This document shows, in pieces, positions 1-10,404 of a stretch of 64,000 nt of DNA (position 1 is the first letter of the stretch; the number at the start of each line of letters is the position of its first letter). A program made the translations under genes and the position numbers. Origin of the DNA: Eledone cirrhosa (taxonomy: Eukaryota). The DNA is taken from the NCBI GenBank assembly GCA_964016885.1, contig OZ024743.1, positions 72,602,001 through 72,666,000 of the forward strand. Direction: 5' to 3'. The notes under the pieces are model-generated. The model was not told where the DNA came from, made no database searches, and was given only the letters and a program-made list of their open reading frames with translations.

Positions 1-59
1 TCAAATCGGACCGAGGAAACAATGTTTCCGTCGGTCTTTCCAGTTGCTAATACTATCTA

Positions 60-202
60 TCGGTCGCAACTCCAGGTAGAAGGAACAACGTGAAATAAAG
101 TGTCTTGCCCAAGGACATAACGCATCGCCCGGTCCACGAATCGAACTCACAACCTCAAGATTGTGAATCCAATTCTCTAACCACTCAGCCACACGCCTTC
201 AC
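60..202 (-). mobile_element. tRNA-derived CORE-type SINE (5' part)
   Basis: Minus strand has A-box TGGCTGAGTGG, B-box GAGTTCGATTC and CORE-like TGTCCTTGGGCAAGACACTT; paralog at 31510-31776. Confidence 0.8.
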
Positions 203-221
203 AATATATATATATATATAA

Positions 222-420
222 GAAAATAGTCAGGACCCCGACGGCAGTGCTCAAGCTGTTTCAACGTCTATTTCAATACAGAAATAGCCGTCGAAACGAC
301 TTGAGCTCTGCCATCGGGCTCCTGACTATTTTCCAATTACCCACTCTACTACTCAAAGTATCGAGTACTGTGGTGCGTTATGGTCCACCTGGTTCCTTAC
401 CACACTTCCTTCGTTATGTA
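222..420. repeat. Short TA-flanked repeat: ~110-bp palindrome (222-333) plus ~85-bp tail
   Basis: GAAAATAGTCAGG...CCTGACTATTTTC fold-back; tail GAGTACT..GGTGCGTTATGG.CCACCTGGTTCCTT recurs at 52490-52570 and 61060-61120. Confidence 0.75.
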
Positions 421-464
421 TACATATACATGCATATATAGCAATAACAATAATAAAGATAATG

Positions 465-640
465 GTTACTGACAAGGCTAGCAATTTTGGGGAAAGGGAA
501 TGTCGATTTAATCGACTCCAGTGCATTGTTGGTGCTTTATTTTATCGATCCTGTAAGAATGAAAAGCAAAGCCTGCTTCGGTGTGATTTGAAATCAGAAC
601 GTAACATGCGTAACTCTGCCGCATATTGCAAAAACTCTTC
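465..640 (-). mobile_element. Degenerate tRNA-derived SINE (family A)
   Basis: Reverse complement matches the family motif GCCTTTCATCCTTACGGGGTCGATAAAATAAAGTACCAG. Confidence 0.65.
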
Positions 641-1077
641 GGCACTGTTTACATTATATTCTGAAAGCGTCCTCAAACGCTTTCTCAGATGTTGGCTTTA
701 TATAAGAAACGTGTATTTAACCCCTGTTAAGAAATAGCAACCAAATCTTCCTAAAATTTCGATTTTATATGAGAAATTAAAAATATAAAACTTTTAAATG
801 GGTGCAAAACACAAACAAATTTTATTTTATTTTAATGTAATGAGGAAATATCCAGCTGTTGTTACTAAGTCCATACTACTAAAATTAACATTTAAATGAA
901 AAAAAAATCACCTTGATTAATTCATGCCCATGATGTTTTATCTTTGATACCCTGCATATTTCTTTCAAACTGCCCATGCATTCTCATATCCATAAGATAT
1001 CCTTTTCTTTCTCTTCAACTCTTTATTTAACACTTTATCAACCATACCGACGAGGACACAAAATAAGTAAATTTTAT

Positions 1078-1470
1078 ATAATTGTTTCTACTTTTGCTAC
1101 AAGGCCAGCAATAAGCCAGTACATTACTGGTACTTTATTTTATTGACCACGTAAGGATGAAAGGCAAAATTAACCTCGACGGGATTTGAACTCTCAGACC
1201 TTAAGGGACGTAACTATGTTAGGAAGCATGGCGCCCGACCCTCCACCGATACTGCCAAATGATTTCTAGTATAGGCACAAGGCCAGTAATTTGTGGGGTA
1301 GGGAATGTCTATTAAATCGACCCCACTTCGTTACAGGTACTTTATTTTATCGACCCCATAAGGATGAAAAGCAAAGCTACCTCGGCGGGATTTGAAATCA
1401 GACCGTAAAGGACCGTAACTCTATGCTGCAAAGCATGGTGTCCGACTCTCTACCGATACTACCACTCCAC
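1078..1470 (-). mobile_element. Two tandem SINE family A copies
   Basis: Each has A-box TGGCAGTATCGG-like, B-box GAGTTCAAATCCC-like and the GTCGATAAAATAAAGTACC motif. Confidence 0.8.
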
Positions 1471-1559
1471 CATGATAATAGTTAGGCACACAGGGACAAT
1501 AAGTGGACAATAATGACGGTACAGGACAGTATAGTGTTGTTTCTGTGTGAGGAAATGTT

Positions 1560-3300
1560 TAAAATCTTTCAACATAGTTTTATATAAGAACTTTACTACC
1601 GATACCGCCCTTATACAATAATCCACACTAATGAGGATTCTATCAAGATTCTTTCACTTCAGTAACACTCTATTTATATTTTCTTTACCGGGCAAAGCTC
1701 CCTAAATGTCATTAATCTTCTCGTCTGTCAATCCAGCTTTGATATTTCTTCTTCAGTCCTTCCGAGAATGGACGCGCTTCAATTAACCATCGGAACTGCC
1801 CAAATATTTATTGCAGCAACTAGATTTCTTGCATTTAGCTTGATTTTGAAATAATTTTTACCCATTTCACATGTCTCTCTAACGTTTTCTTTCATTTCTC
1901 TATGTGCAATGTCATCCAGAATTAAACCCCAAAATACGTATACACATTTTCCGGTTCCCCCATAGTTTTTTCCACTACTGGCTGGTTTTGTCTCTCTTTT
2001 ATATTGATTACAGATCGTTTAGAAATCCAAAACTTCATACAGATGTCACATACTGCTGCATATTACATATCTGGTCAGAATGAATCTATTTGGTTTTCAG
2101 ACATGCCAAACAGTTTCAGATCATCCAGGATATGGTTTATGAATGGTACTTTCATTCAGCATTTGTAACCCATTAAATCATCCTCAAATGTCAGTGTTAT
2201 AGGTTTCAGTGCAAAGAAAAATAGTTTTTTTTTGTTTTTTTTTGTTTCCTTGGTAATATTTCTTTCTGTAAAAGAAAGGTATACTTCTTTTTAGCAAATA
2301 TGATAAGTACCTTCCATATTATGTTCAGGTATGTTGTAGTATGTTAGTTTTCCATAATCATCTTATTATAAACATTCTCCTTCTCATTACCATGCAAGTG
2401 GGAACTGCATCTCTCTGGTCGAATTCATTTAACTGAGTTGCCAGTCTTTCATGAATCGTATTGTATCTCAGCAAGCAAAGGCTATGTATCTAATCTGGGT
2501 TTAAAACATTTCGGTTTCGTATCTTAGCCACTCTATCTTTCACATAGACTTAGCATATGATAATAACTCTTTTACTATTTCTTCCTCGCAGGCCTGTCTT
2601 GGTGGTTTTTATCCATTCGGCATCCCTTCTATGCAATGTAGTGTTTCTCTATATCCCATTCCAGAATTCGTTTGCTTGGTTAACATAAGGAACACCATCC
2701 AAAGTGCCGAAAAATTGTTTTAGACTATCTGTTTGCTTTAAACTCTTTATTTCTGTTCACATATCTTCTTCCCTTCTGGCTTATCGACAAAATCCTGTTT
2801 TAACTGTTCCAATATTGTATAGAATCCATTCTCCTGTAGTATGTATTTGTCTAGTGTATCTCGATCTGACTTTTTTCTTTTGTTTTTCATTTTCCCCTAA
2901 GCTATTGTTCAATTTTAATTAAATCTCGCCCTAAACACTTAATGTCATTTACTATGCATCGTTTTCACCAAGGTTCTTTTTGCCTTGCTCTATGTTGGTT
3001 TCCTTAGTCGTAATTTCTCAACCAAAAGTAGTGCTATAGCTCGGTTAAGATCATATATCCATCTGGATATATGTCATTTATGACATGACAAAATTAGCAC
3101 TTTTGTAGTTCCATGTACCATACTTCCATTTACCTTTCTCATATTCTTTAGGATTTTTATCTTGAAAGTCATTCATCAATTCCATAAGATGTGATTCCTT
3201 AGTCTATTTGACTCCCTACTCTTGTATAGCTATCGTCAGTAGTACTAGGGCTGAATCTATAACCTTCCTCCTCAGCAGCCCTAACAGTCCCATCATTCCA
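1560..3300 (-). pseudogene. Highly decayed non-LTR retrotransposon RT (R4/Dong-like); boundaries approximate
   Basis: Minus-strand peptides INHILDDLKLFG (~2102-2137, cf. NHLLYMDDLKLF), DAVP (~2399-2410) and VYTYFGV (~1925-1945, cf. YKYLG), in the correct order. Confidence 0.55.
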
Positions 3301-3349
3301 TTACCGTATTCCTGATATCTATGTTTCTCTCTAACTTCAACCGTGTGAA

Positions 3350-3652
3350 TTGGCAGTATCGGTAGAGGGCCGGACGCCTTGCTTTTGACTCATAGAGTTA
3401 CGGCCCTTGCCATTTTGAGTTCAAATCCCGCCGAGGTTAACTTTGCCTTTCATCCTTACGGGGTCGATAAAATAAAGTACCAGTAATGTACTGGTAATTG
3501 CTGGCCTTGTGCCAATAGTTGAAACAATTATTACTCTAACTTGAGTTCAAATCCCGCCGAGGTTAACTTTGCCTTTCATCCTTACAGGGTCGATAAAATA
3601 ACACTGGTATATTTCTGGCCTTGTGCCAAATCCAGAAACAATTATTACTCTA
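3350..3652 (+). mobile_element. SINE family A plus partial tandem duplicate
   Basis: TGGCAGTATCGG...GAGTTCAAATCCCGCCGAGGTTAACTTTGCCTTTCATCCTTAC; the B-box-to-3' part is repeated from 3541. Confidence 0.85.
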
Positions 3653-4214
3653 ACTTCCCTTTGTTGCTGCTGCCATTACGTTTGTTGTTATTGCCTTTTG
3701 TTGTCATTGTCATAGATGTTGTTACTGTCCTGGTCAGTGGTGCGGGGAGGGGGATTGATAATATTTTCTTTTTTTGTAGTAGTGGTGGTGGCTGTGGTGC
3801 TGTCATTCGACTTATCATCGCTAGCGTGTTGACTAGTAGTAGCAATAGTTTCAAAACATGCATTTTGTTGGCAGTACTTTTAGTGGTACTTTTTCAAACA
3901 CTTCTGTCGTAGTGGAGGTAATGGTGGTGATGGAGTAGGTGCAGTGGCGGCAATGGTGGCAGATTATTAACAGTTGACCATCATTACCTGATGGGAGTCC
4001 TCAAAGCAGCCGGCTTCGGACCGTTTTCTGAGACTGGATCGCAGCAACGCATAGCGACATCTGCTATGTGGTTAGATTGAGCGGTCACGCCTCGGAACCG
4101 TTCAACGTCATGCTCTCAGTCCAGCAGAGTTTCCCGTTCTCCTTTCTGTTGTAAGTATTGGCTCTCGATCAATTACTACACAATTTTCTTTTCTTTTTTA
4201 AATATAATTTCAGT

Positions 4215-4440
4215 CTTTTGACAGGTTCGCGGTCGTGCCCTTGGCAGTGGAGATATCAGGTGTCCTTGGCCCTAGGGCTACCTCCCTATTCACCAGCATA
4301 GGCGCTGAGCTAGCCAGCCGCAGGTGTGAGCCTAGCGAGTTAGAATGGCTCTTCCAGCGCATCTCCCTTACCCTCCTCCGAGGAAACGCCTTCTCCATCC
4401 TGTCCGCTGGGCTGTGGGGAGGCCAGCACGTGGGACCAAA
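4215..4440 (+). pseudogene. 3' fragment of a CRE-clade non-LTR element (restriction-like endonuclease C-terminus)
   Basis: PLAVEISGVLGPRA...WLFQRISLTLLRGNAFSIL; paralog at 58915-59050. Confidence 0.65.
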
Positions 4441-5448
4441 ATGTGTTCACCATACGGATTAATAGGCAAAGTTATAAACTATTGTAAATAAACTACACAA
4501 ATAGGAGACGTCGAGGGGCGTCATGAACGAACTAGATTCTGGGAGATCTGTCTCAATATATATCGACGACGTCACCTTTGTGGTATCGAACATTAAACGT
4601 ATTGAGAAGATCGACATCTCTCTCAGGAAGTACGAACCGGTAACAGAGTTCCTACACTAATATAATTTTTTAAAGAAAGTCTGAGGGAGACATAGAGAGA
4701 GAATGACATCTGTATGTCTCTGTCTCACTCACACTTCCTGCTGCTCTGCTCCTACGTTGAATATTTCATAATATTGGAAGTTTAGGTTACTCAAAAGTAA
4801 TAATATCTGTATTGGTTATAAATTGTTTCCCCCAACATATCTATTTATGTAAGTTTAAATCTGCTGTAAGGCAAATTTCAAGGAAATAAAAACATATCAT
4901 GCAATTATTTATTATTTTGGCGTGGGAAATAAATCTATAAACACGGTATTCTTTCATTAACTGTGGCTCAGTATAGCAAATTAAGTCCGTCATTCGGAAT
5001 AACGTTTTCAAGGCATATTGTGTTTTAATGGGGGGAACATATCACCACGATGTTTCTGAAAATATTACAGTTATAATGCAAAAATTATAATGGCCGTCAG
5101 GATGAAAGAGAGAAGAAAAATATATAGATTTAAAACCTATTTACACAGAGATAATTAAGTGATTTTGACAGTTATGTTTGCTCTGCAGAAGTGCATAAAT
5201 GCAAATATCAATACTACTGTGTAAGCTAGAGTAAACAGCTTCCTAAGCTGTCAACCGGAAAAAAGTAATCACGGCAGAATTTTTTGTAGCTCAATTAAGA
5301 TTTACATGTTGTGTAATGTAATAAACAACGTTATAACACGTTTCGGTGACTATTCTAGTTTCTAGACAACATTTAATACTTCAAAACATGTGCACTTTTA
5401 TATACAGAAGTATTTGCACATTAGCAGTGTCATCATATATATATAATG

Positions 5449-5479
<31 letters not shown>

Positions 5480-5621
5480 GCAAAAGTTCTATTTAAAGTT
5501 GTTGGGATACAACAAGTAAATATTCTTATAACTGATATAAAGCACTCGACAAGTTTTTGGAGTAGATATACGATATTAATAAATGGAAAGTATATTTATA
5601 AATATAGTTTCCATTTATATC

Positions 5622-5688
<67 letters not shown>

Positions 5689-5893
5689 TATGTATACATA
5701 CATACATATATGTATACAGACGTACAGTAGTATGTATATATATATACATATATGCACACATATATATATATGTACGTATGGATTCACCGAACATTTATTA
5801 TAATGTGCGGTGTATTTGTAAACAGACATCCCGAATTAAGTCGTACAGTGTCTGGCAACCATCGTTGATCATTTGTTCAACACTGACAAAGGA

Positions 5894-5936
5894 ACGCTGT
5901 ACTAGTTTCAATATTATTAGCTATCGTCAGCAACAT
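5894..5936 (-). ncRNA. Minimal type-I hammerhead ribozyme (stem II decayed)
   Basis: AUGUUG CUGACGA UAGCUAAUAAUAUU GAAA CUAG UA CAGCGU. Confidence 0.6.
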
Positions 5937-6336
5937 ATACCTTACTGCCAGATGATTGAACGGCTGAAAGTATATACTTTCCTTATGTATATTAACGGCT
6001 GAGCAGCCTAATTTGCATATCGAGTGAGGTAATCGGCCGGGCTCACCGAAACCGATAAACGCCCGGCCGATATATATATAGGTGTGCACGTATGTATATA
6101 TATATACATACTACTGTACGTCTGTATACATATATGTATGTACGTATACATATATATATTTAAGTAACAGCCGTACTAACAGTGAGAAATGAAATTTCGC
6201 TTCATTTTTTTCGTTTATCGTTTTCGGTGCGCCCGGCCGATTAACTCACTCGATATGCAAATTAGGCTGCTCAGTCGTTAATATGCATAAGGAAAGGATA
6301 TAATTTCAGACGTTCAATCATCTGGCAGGAAGGTAT

Positions 6337-6379
6337 ATGTTGCTGACGATAGCTAATAAGCTTGAAACTAGTACAGCGT
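6337..6379 (+). ncRNA. Minimal type-I hammerhead ribozyme
   Basis: AUGUUG CUGACGA U-AGCU-AAUA-AGCU-U GAAA CUAG UA CAGCGU: intact core, palindromic stem III, stem I pairs. Confidence 0.75.
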
Positions 6380-7264
6380 TCCTTTGTCAGTGTTGAACAA
6401 ATGATCAACGATGGTTGCTAGACACTGTACGGCTTAATTCGGGATGTTTGTTTACAAACACACCGCGCATTATAATAAATGTTCGGTGAATCCATACGTA
6501 CATATATATATGTGTGCATGTATGTATATATATATAGATACTACTGTACGTCTGCATACATATATGTATGTACGTATACATACTTATATATATTTAAGTA
6601 ACAGCCCCACTAAGAGTGAGAAATGAAATTTCGTTTCATTTTTTCAGTTTATATATATATATATATATATACATATATATATGTGTATGTGCGTGTGTGT
6701 ATATATACATGTGAATATATGTGAATATATACATTGTCAAACTGATATATATATATGTGTGTGTGTGTGATAGTGAGTGTGTGTGTGTGTGTGTGCATGT
6801 GTGTGTGTGTAATTACAAACGAGCCTGGGAATATGCGTGGGATTTATCTTTTCAAAGCAAACAGTAATTCTGGCGTGATTGGTAATCGATGTTTTTTGTA
6901 TATTATTTTCTCTTTTCTTTTCCTATCGTGTCTGGAGTAAGTTCAATAAATGCTTGCCATTCCATTTACATAACCTATTGATAAAAGGAAATAAAAAGAA
7001 TATATGGTGATATTCACCTCCTGCAGTAGGACTATTGAAGATATACTAGAGCTATCAATTGTCAACAATATTTAGGAGCTGAAGTATTCTCTGGCCCTGA
7101 AAAAAAGTCTAGAATTTGGTGTTCAGTCTGGCAATGTTGGTTGATAAGATAATATTTAATTTTGCATATTTGTACATCGATACCTGCTTGATAAGCATGT
7201 GCGGTGTGTAAATAGTAGATAATTGACATTCCTGAGACAATTGTTTTTATAAAGGATTGCTGTG

Positions 7265-7380
7265 GTACTTGTGAATGTGTATGGCGTTGAACTCACAATC
7301 GTAAGGTTGTGAATTCAAATCCCGGACCAAGCAGTGCTTTATGTTCTTGAGAAAATCGCTTTATTTGTCGTTGCTCCAGA
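7265..7380 (+). mobile_element. Decayed CORE-type SINE fragment
   Basis: CTCACAATCGTAAGGTTGTGAATTCAAATCCCGGACC resembles the 60-202 SINE head. Confidence 0.5.
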
Positions 7381-7749
7381 TCGTGAAACCTACCATTTGT
7401 AGAGTAATCGAATGATTAGTTACATATTGTTAGTATATGCAGCCAGAGGTTTGAATGAATCTTTTCTTGTTATAAGAAGTCTTTGTCTCTTTTTGACGTT
7501 TCAAAGTTTTTAAGTGACATGTTTCTCATTAATAGACATTTATTTACTGCAGTAATATAGAAGATGGTTCTGTCTCAAATTAGTATGTTTACCGTAAACC
7601 TGAAAGATCTCTATGGAAATTAGTTAACTGTATCATTATTTTAAAGAAATTGAAATCAATATATAGCGTGTTAGACTCGGATGAGCTAAATAACTGCCGT
7701 TATGCATGTATCATAATGTTTCTTAAACTCGATTAGATAATACGTTTCA

Positions 7750-9117
7750 ATCCATTCGTGTTGGTATTTACCTCTATATTGGATGGTCCAGATCGACCTA
7801 GAGGTTAAAGTGAGAACCGATGGTGGATAAGGAAATCAGGATCAGGTATGTAGATTCTATTGTATCAAAATTCAGAGAAATCCACGAGCAAACTGAGTAC
7901 GTTAAAACGGAGTGGAGATTGTTCAACTCAACAGTTTCTGCTTCAGATGTTGAATGCTGCGGACGAAAGGTTATTGCTGTGGCACAGGATAGCAGGAAGA
8001 CACCTTGGTTCAATCAAAAGGTCAACGATGCCAGCCGAGCAAAAAGGAAACTTACAAGGTTTGGCTTGGAAATAAGTCCTCCTTATTGAACTTGCAGCAC
8101 AAGCAGGCCCTAATAATCGTAGCAGAGACGGTAAAGGCTACCAAATTTAAGGTATGGGTTGCTGTTAGGGGTTAGCAAGATTTCGACTTCAGATCACCAA
8201 ATAAATTGGTTGACCCTCTTCCACACCTGCTATCAGGGATGTGTTTCGGGCGCTCCTCTCTTCAGAGAGGTAGAAAGAATACTTTGCTGATATCCTAAAT
8301 CCGATCGCAACACCATCTTCTGATGAACACGAGGTGCATCTGGGTGTGATGACTAATTGCAGGGAGGCTGAGGTTACAAGAGCAGATAAAAAGCTTAAAT
8401 ACAGCATGAACACTGGGTAGGAGGAAATTCGGCCCGAAATGTTAAAATACTTAAACAGAGTAGATAATTTCTGACTAACATGTGTGCCGCGTTGCCTTGA
8501 TCACAGGAAAGGCACCTAATCAATGAGAATCAGGAGTGATAATCCCAATTTTCAAAAAGAGAGACAATAAAGATTTATCCAATTAAAAAGGGATCTCCTT
8601 GTTAATCTTCACCGGTAAAGTGTATGCTAAGTGTCTGGCAAAGTGATACAGGGGAATTGTCGAATCCAGCTTAGCTGATATCAGAGTGGTTTTCTGTCCG
8701 GACGCAGCTCAGCCATTCAAATATTCATAGTGACACAAGTCGTTGAGAAATTACGGGAGTACTGCCGAATTAAGAGATAAAAGATACTACGGACATGGGG
8801 TTAAAGTGTCTGAGGAAAATAATTGGTGGACAAATTTTACGGGCGAAATCAACCAACAGGAAATCCAGGGGTAGACCCCGAGCAATATAGTTGGATATCG
8901 TCCAAAGGCTCGACTGATCTCACTTGGTGATCCAGTCGTATCAGCTGTAGACAGTGGCTTCTTACAGGACCCGATGGAAGGAATGTTTGGGAACTCTGCC
9001 TCCACGAACCTCTCAGGGAGGAGGGGGAGGAGGAGGAGGAGGAGAAGTAGAAGAAGAAAAGAAGAAGAAGAAGAAGAAGAAGAAGAAGAAGAAGAAGAAG
9101 AAGAAGAAGAAGAAGAA
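7750..9117 (+). pseudogene. RTE-clade LINE relic, internally deleted, with (AGG)n(AGA)n tail
   Basis: TPWFNQKV, EEIRPEMLK, IIPIFKKRD..GISLL..GKVYAKCL; C-terminal KSRGRPR...LPPRTS followed by a simple-repeat tail at 9020-9117. Confidence 0.75.
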
Positions 9118-10404
9118 TTTGGGGGAAATATAAATTTTTATTTCTATCAGGTTCTGAGGTCCTGTATGTAATTGACTGAAAGACTATTTTGAGGACCGGT
9201 ATGACGACTTAAACAACAGCAAAAACAATATGAAACGGAACAGCTGCAGCAACGAAATGTGTTATAACAGGTTTGATTAGCAGATTGAAACTACTGCACA
9301 AGTTTCCATATTGTCCACAGCTTAGTATAGTTGTATTATTTTCATGTTACCACTACACAATGAATAAAACATTAAATTCTAAATGGGAAGTCACTGTTCT
9401 AGAGGCAATATTTTTTTATAGAGATGATGGTTAAGGACAGGTTAACACTGGAAGCAGGTAACACGACGAATCAAAATGTACGTTGAATTACATTTCAGGA
9501 AAGAATTCTTACCCCGAGCTTTAGAAGGAAGATTTAGATTCCACGTGAATAATTTGTGTGCATATATTATATTCCTGAATGACAGTCAAATAATCATCGA
9601 CTCCGTCTCTTTCTCTTACGTTTGTATTCCACATAGCCTTGTTATATTGCATAGCCTTATCATTTGGACTATCTCTCCCTCTTTCCCTTTTCCCACTCTA
9701 TCCCTCTTTCTCCACACCGTATATATTTGTCTTATTACATTACTGTTGCAACCAAGAAGATATATATAGTGCACCTGCTAAATATATACTTATTGCTCTA
9801 AGGTGTTTAAAACTATACATTTTCTAGCATCATTTGATATGACTTTTAGTGCCATCAATCAATATTCGTGATTCGCCATTGTAAAGTGTAACCCACAATT
9901 CTTGGACAAATATCATCAGTCAATCGTTGGTCTATTGTGTTCCTCTGCCAATATAACAATATGATTCCTTTCTGGGACACTCCAGAACGAACAGCATCTT
10001 TAAAAAATGTTTTGATGCTTTAAGTATAGTTGTATGTCACGAGACTACCACAAAGCGTTTTGCATCTTGTGATGAAGTGTTATCCGTTCTTAATACATGG
10101 CCAGGATATTTACCCAGGCTTTGATTGTGAGAACGTAGGTGATCGGTAATGTTTTTTCAGGTAGTTATTTCATCTTAGCAATGAAATCTGAGTGGGCCAT
10201 TGGAATTTTATAATGAGACGGGAACATTTTTATTCTTAATTGCTAACGCCCTGTAAATCACAGGTAGATAACATTCAAGATTTCTTCTGAGGTATGAAAA
10301 ATATCTGAGAGGAGATAAATATGCAATTTACACAGAAAATTCATTAATATATGCAGTTTTCACCAGTAATATTCTACGTTGTGTGCATACATCTATGACA
10401 TGCA

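Larger units (their letters stand above)
5688..6650. repeat. ~370-bp inverted repeat (5688-6061 / 6213-6590), each arm with a hammerhead motif; PLE pLTR-like
   Basis: Arms are highly similar reverse complements; 6085-6215 is also directly repeated at ~6510-6650; (TA)n on both sides. Confidence 0.85.

Noticed and set aside
120-200. tRNA-like sequence
   Set aside because: SINE head continuing into a CORE domain; no full cloverleaf
5945-5982. CAGAUGA...GAAA-GUAUAUAC hammerhead-like string, with a similar CAGAAGA...GAAA at 48045-48085 (minus)
   Set aside because: U4 is replaced and no stem I pairing is visible
8974-9171. Arg/Glu-rich ORF
   Set aside because: (AGG)n(AGA)n tail of the RTE element
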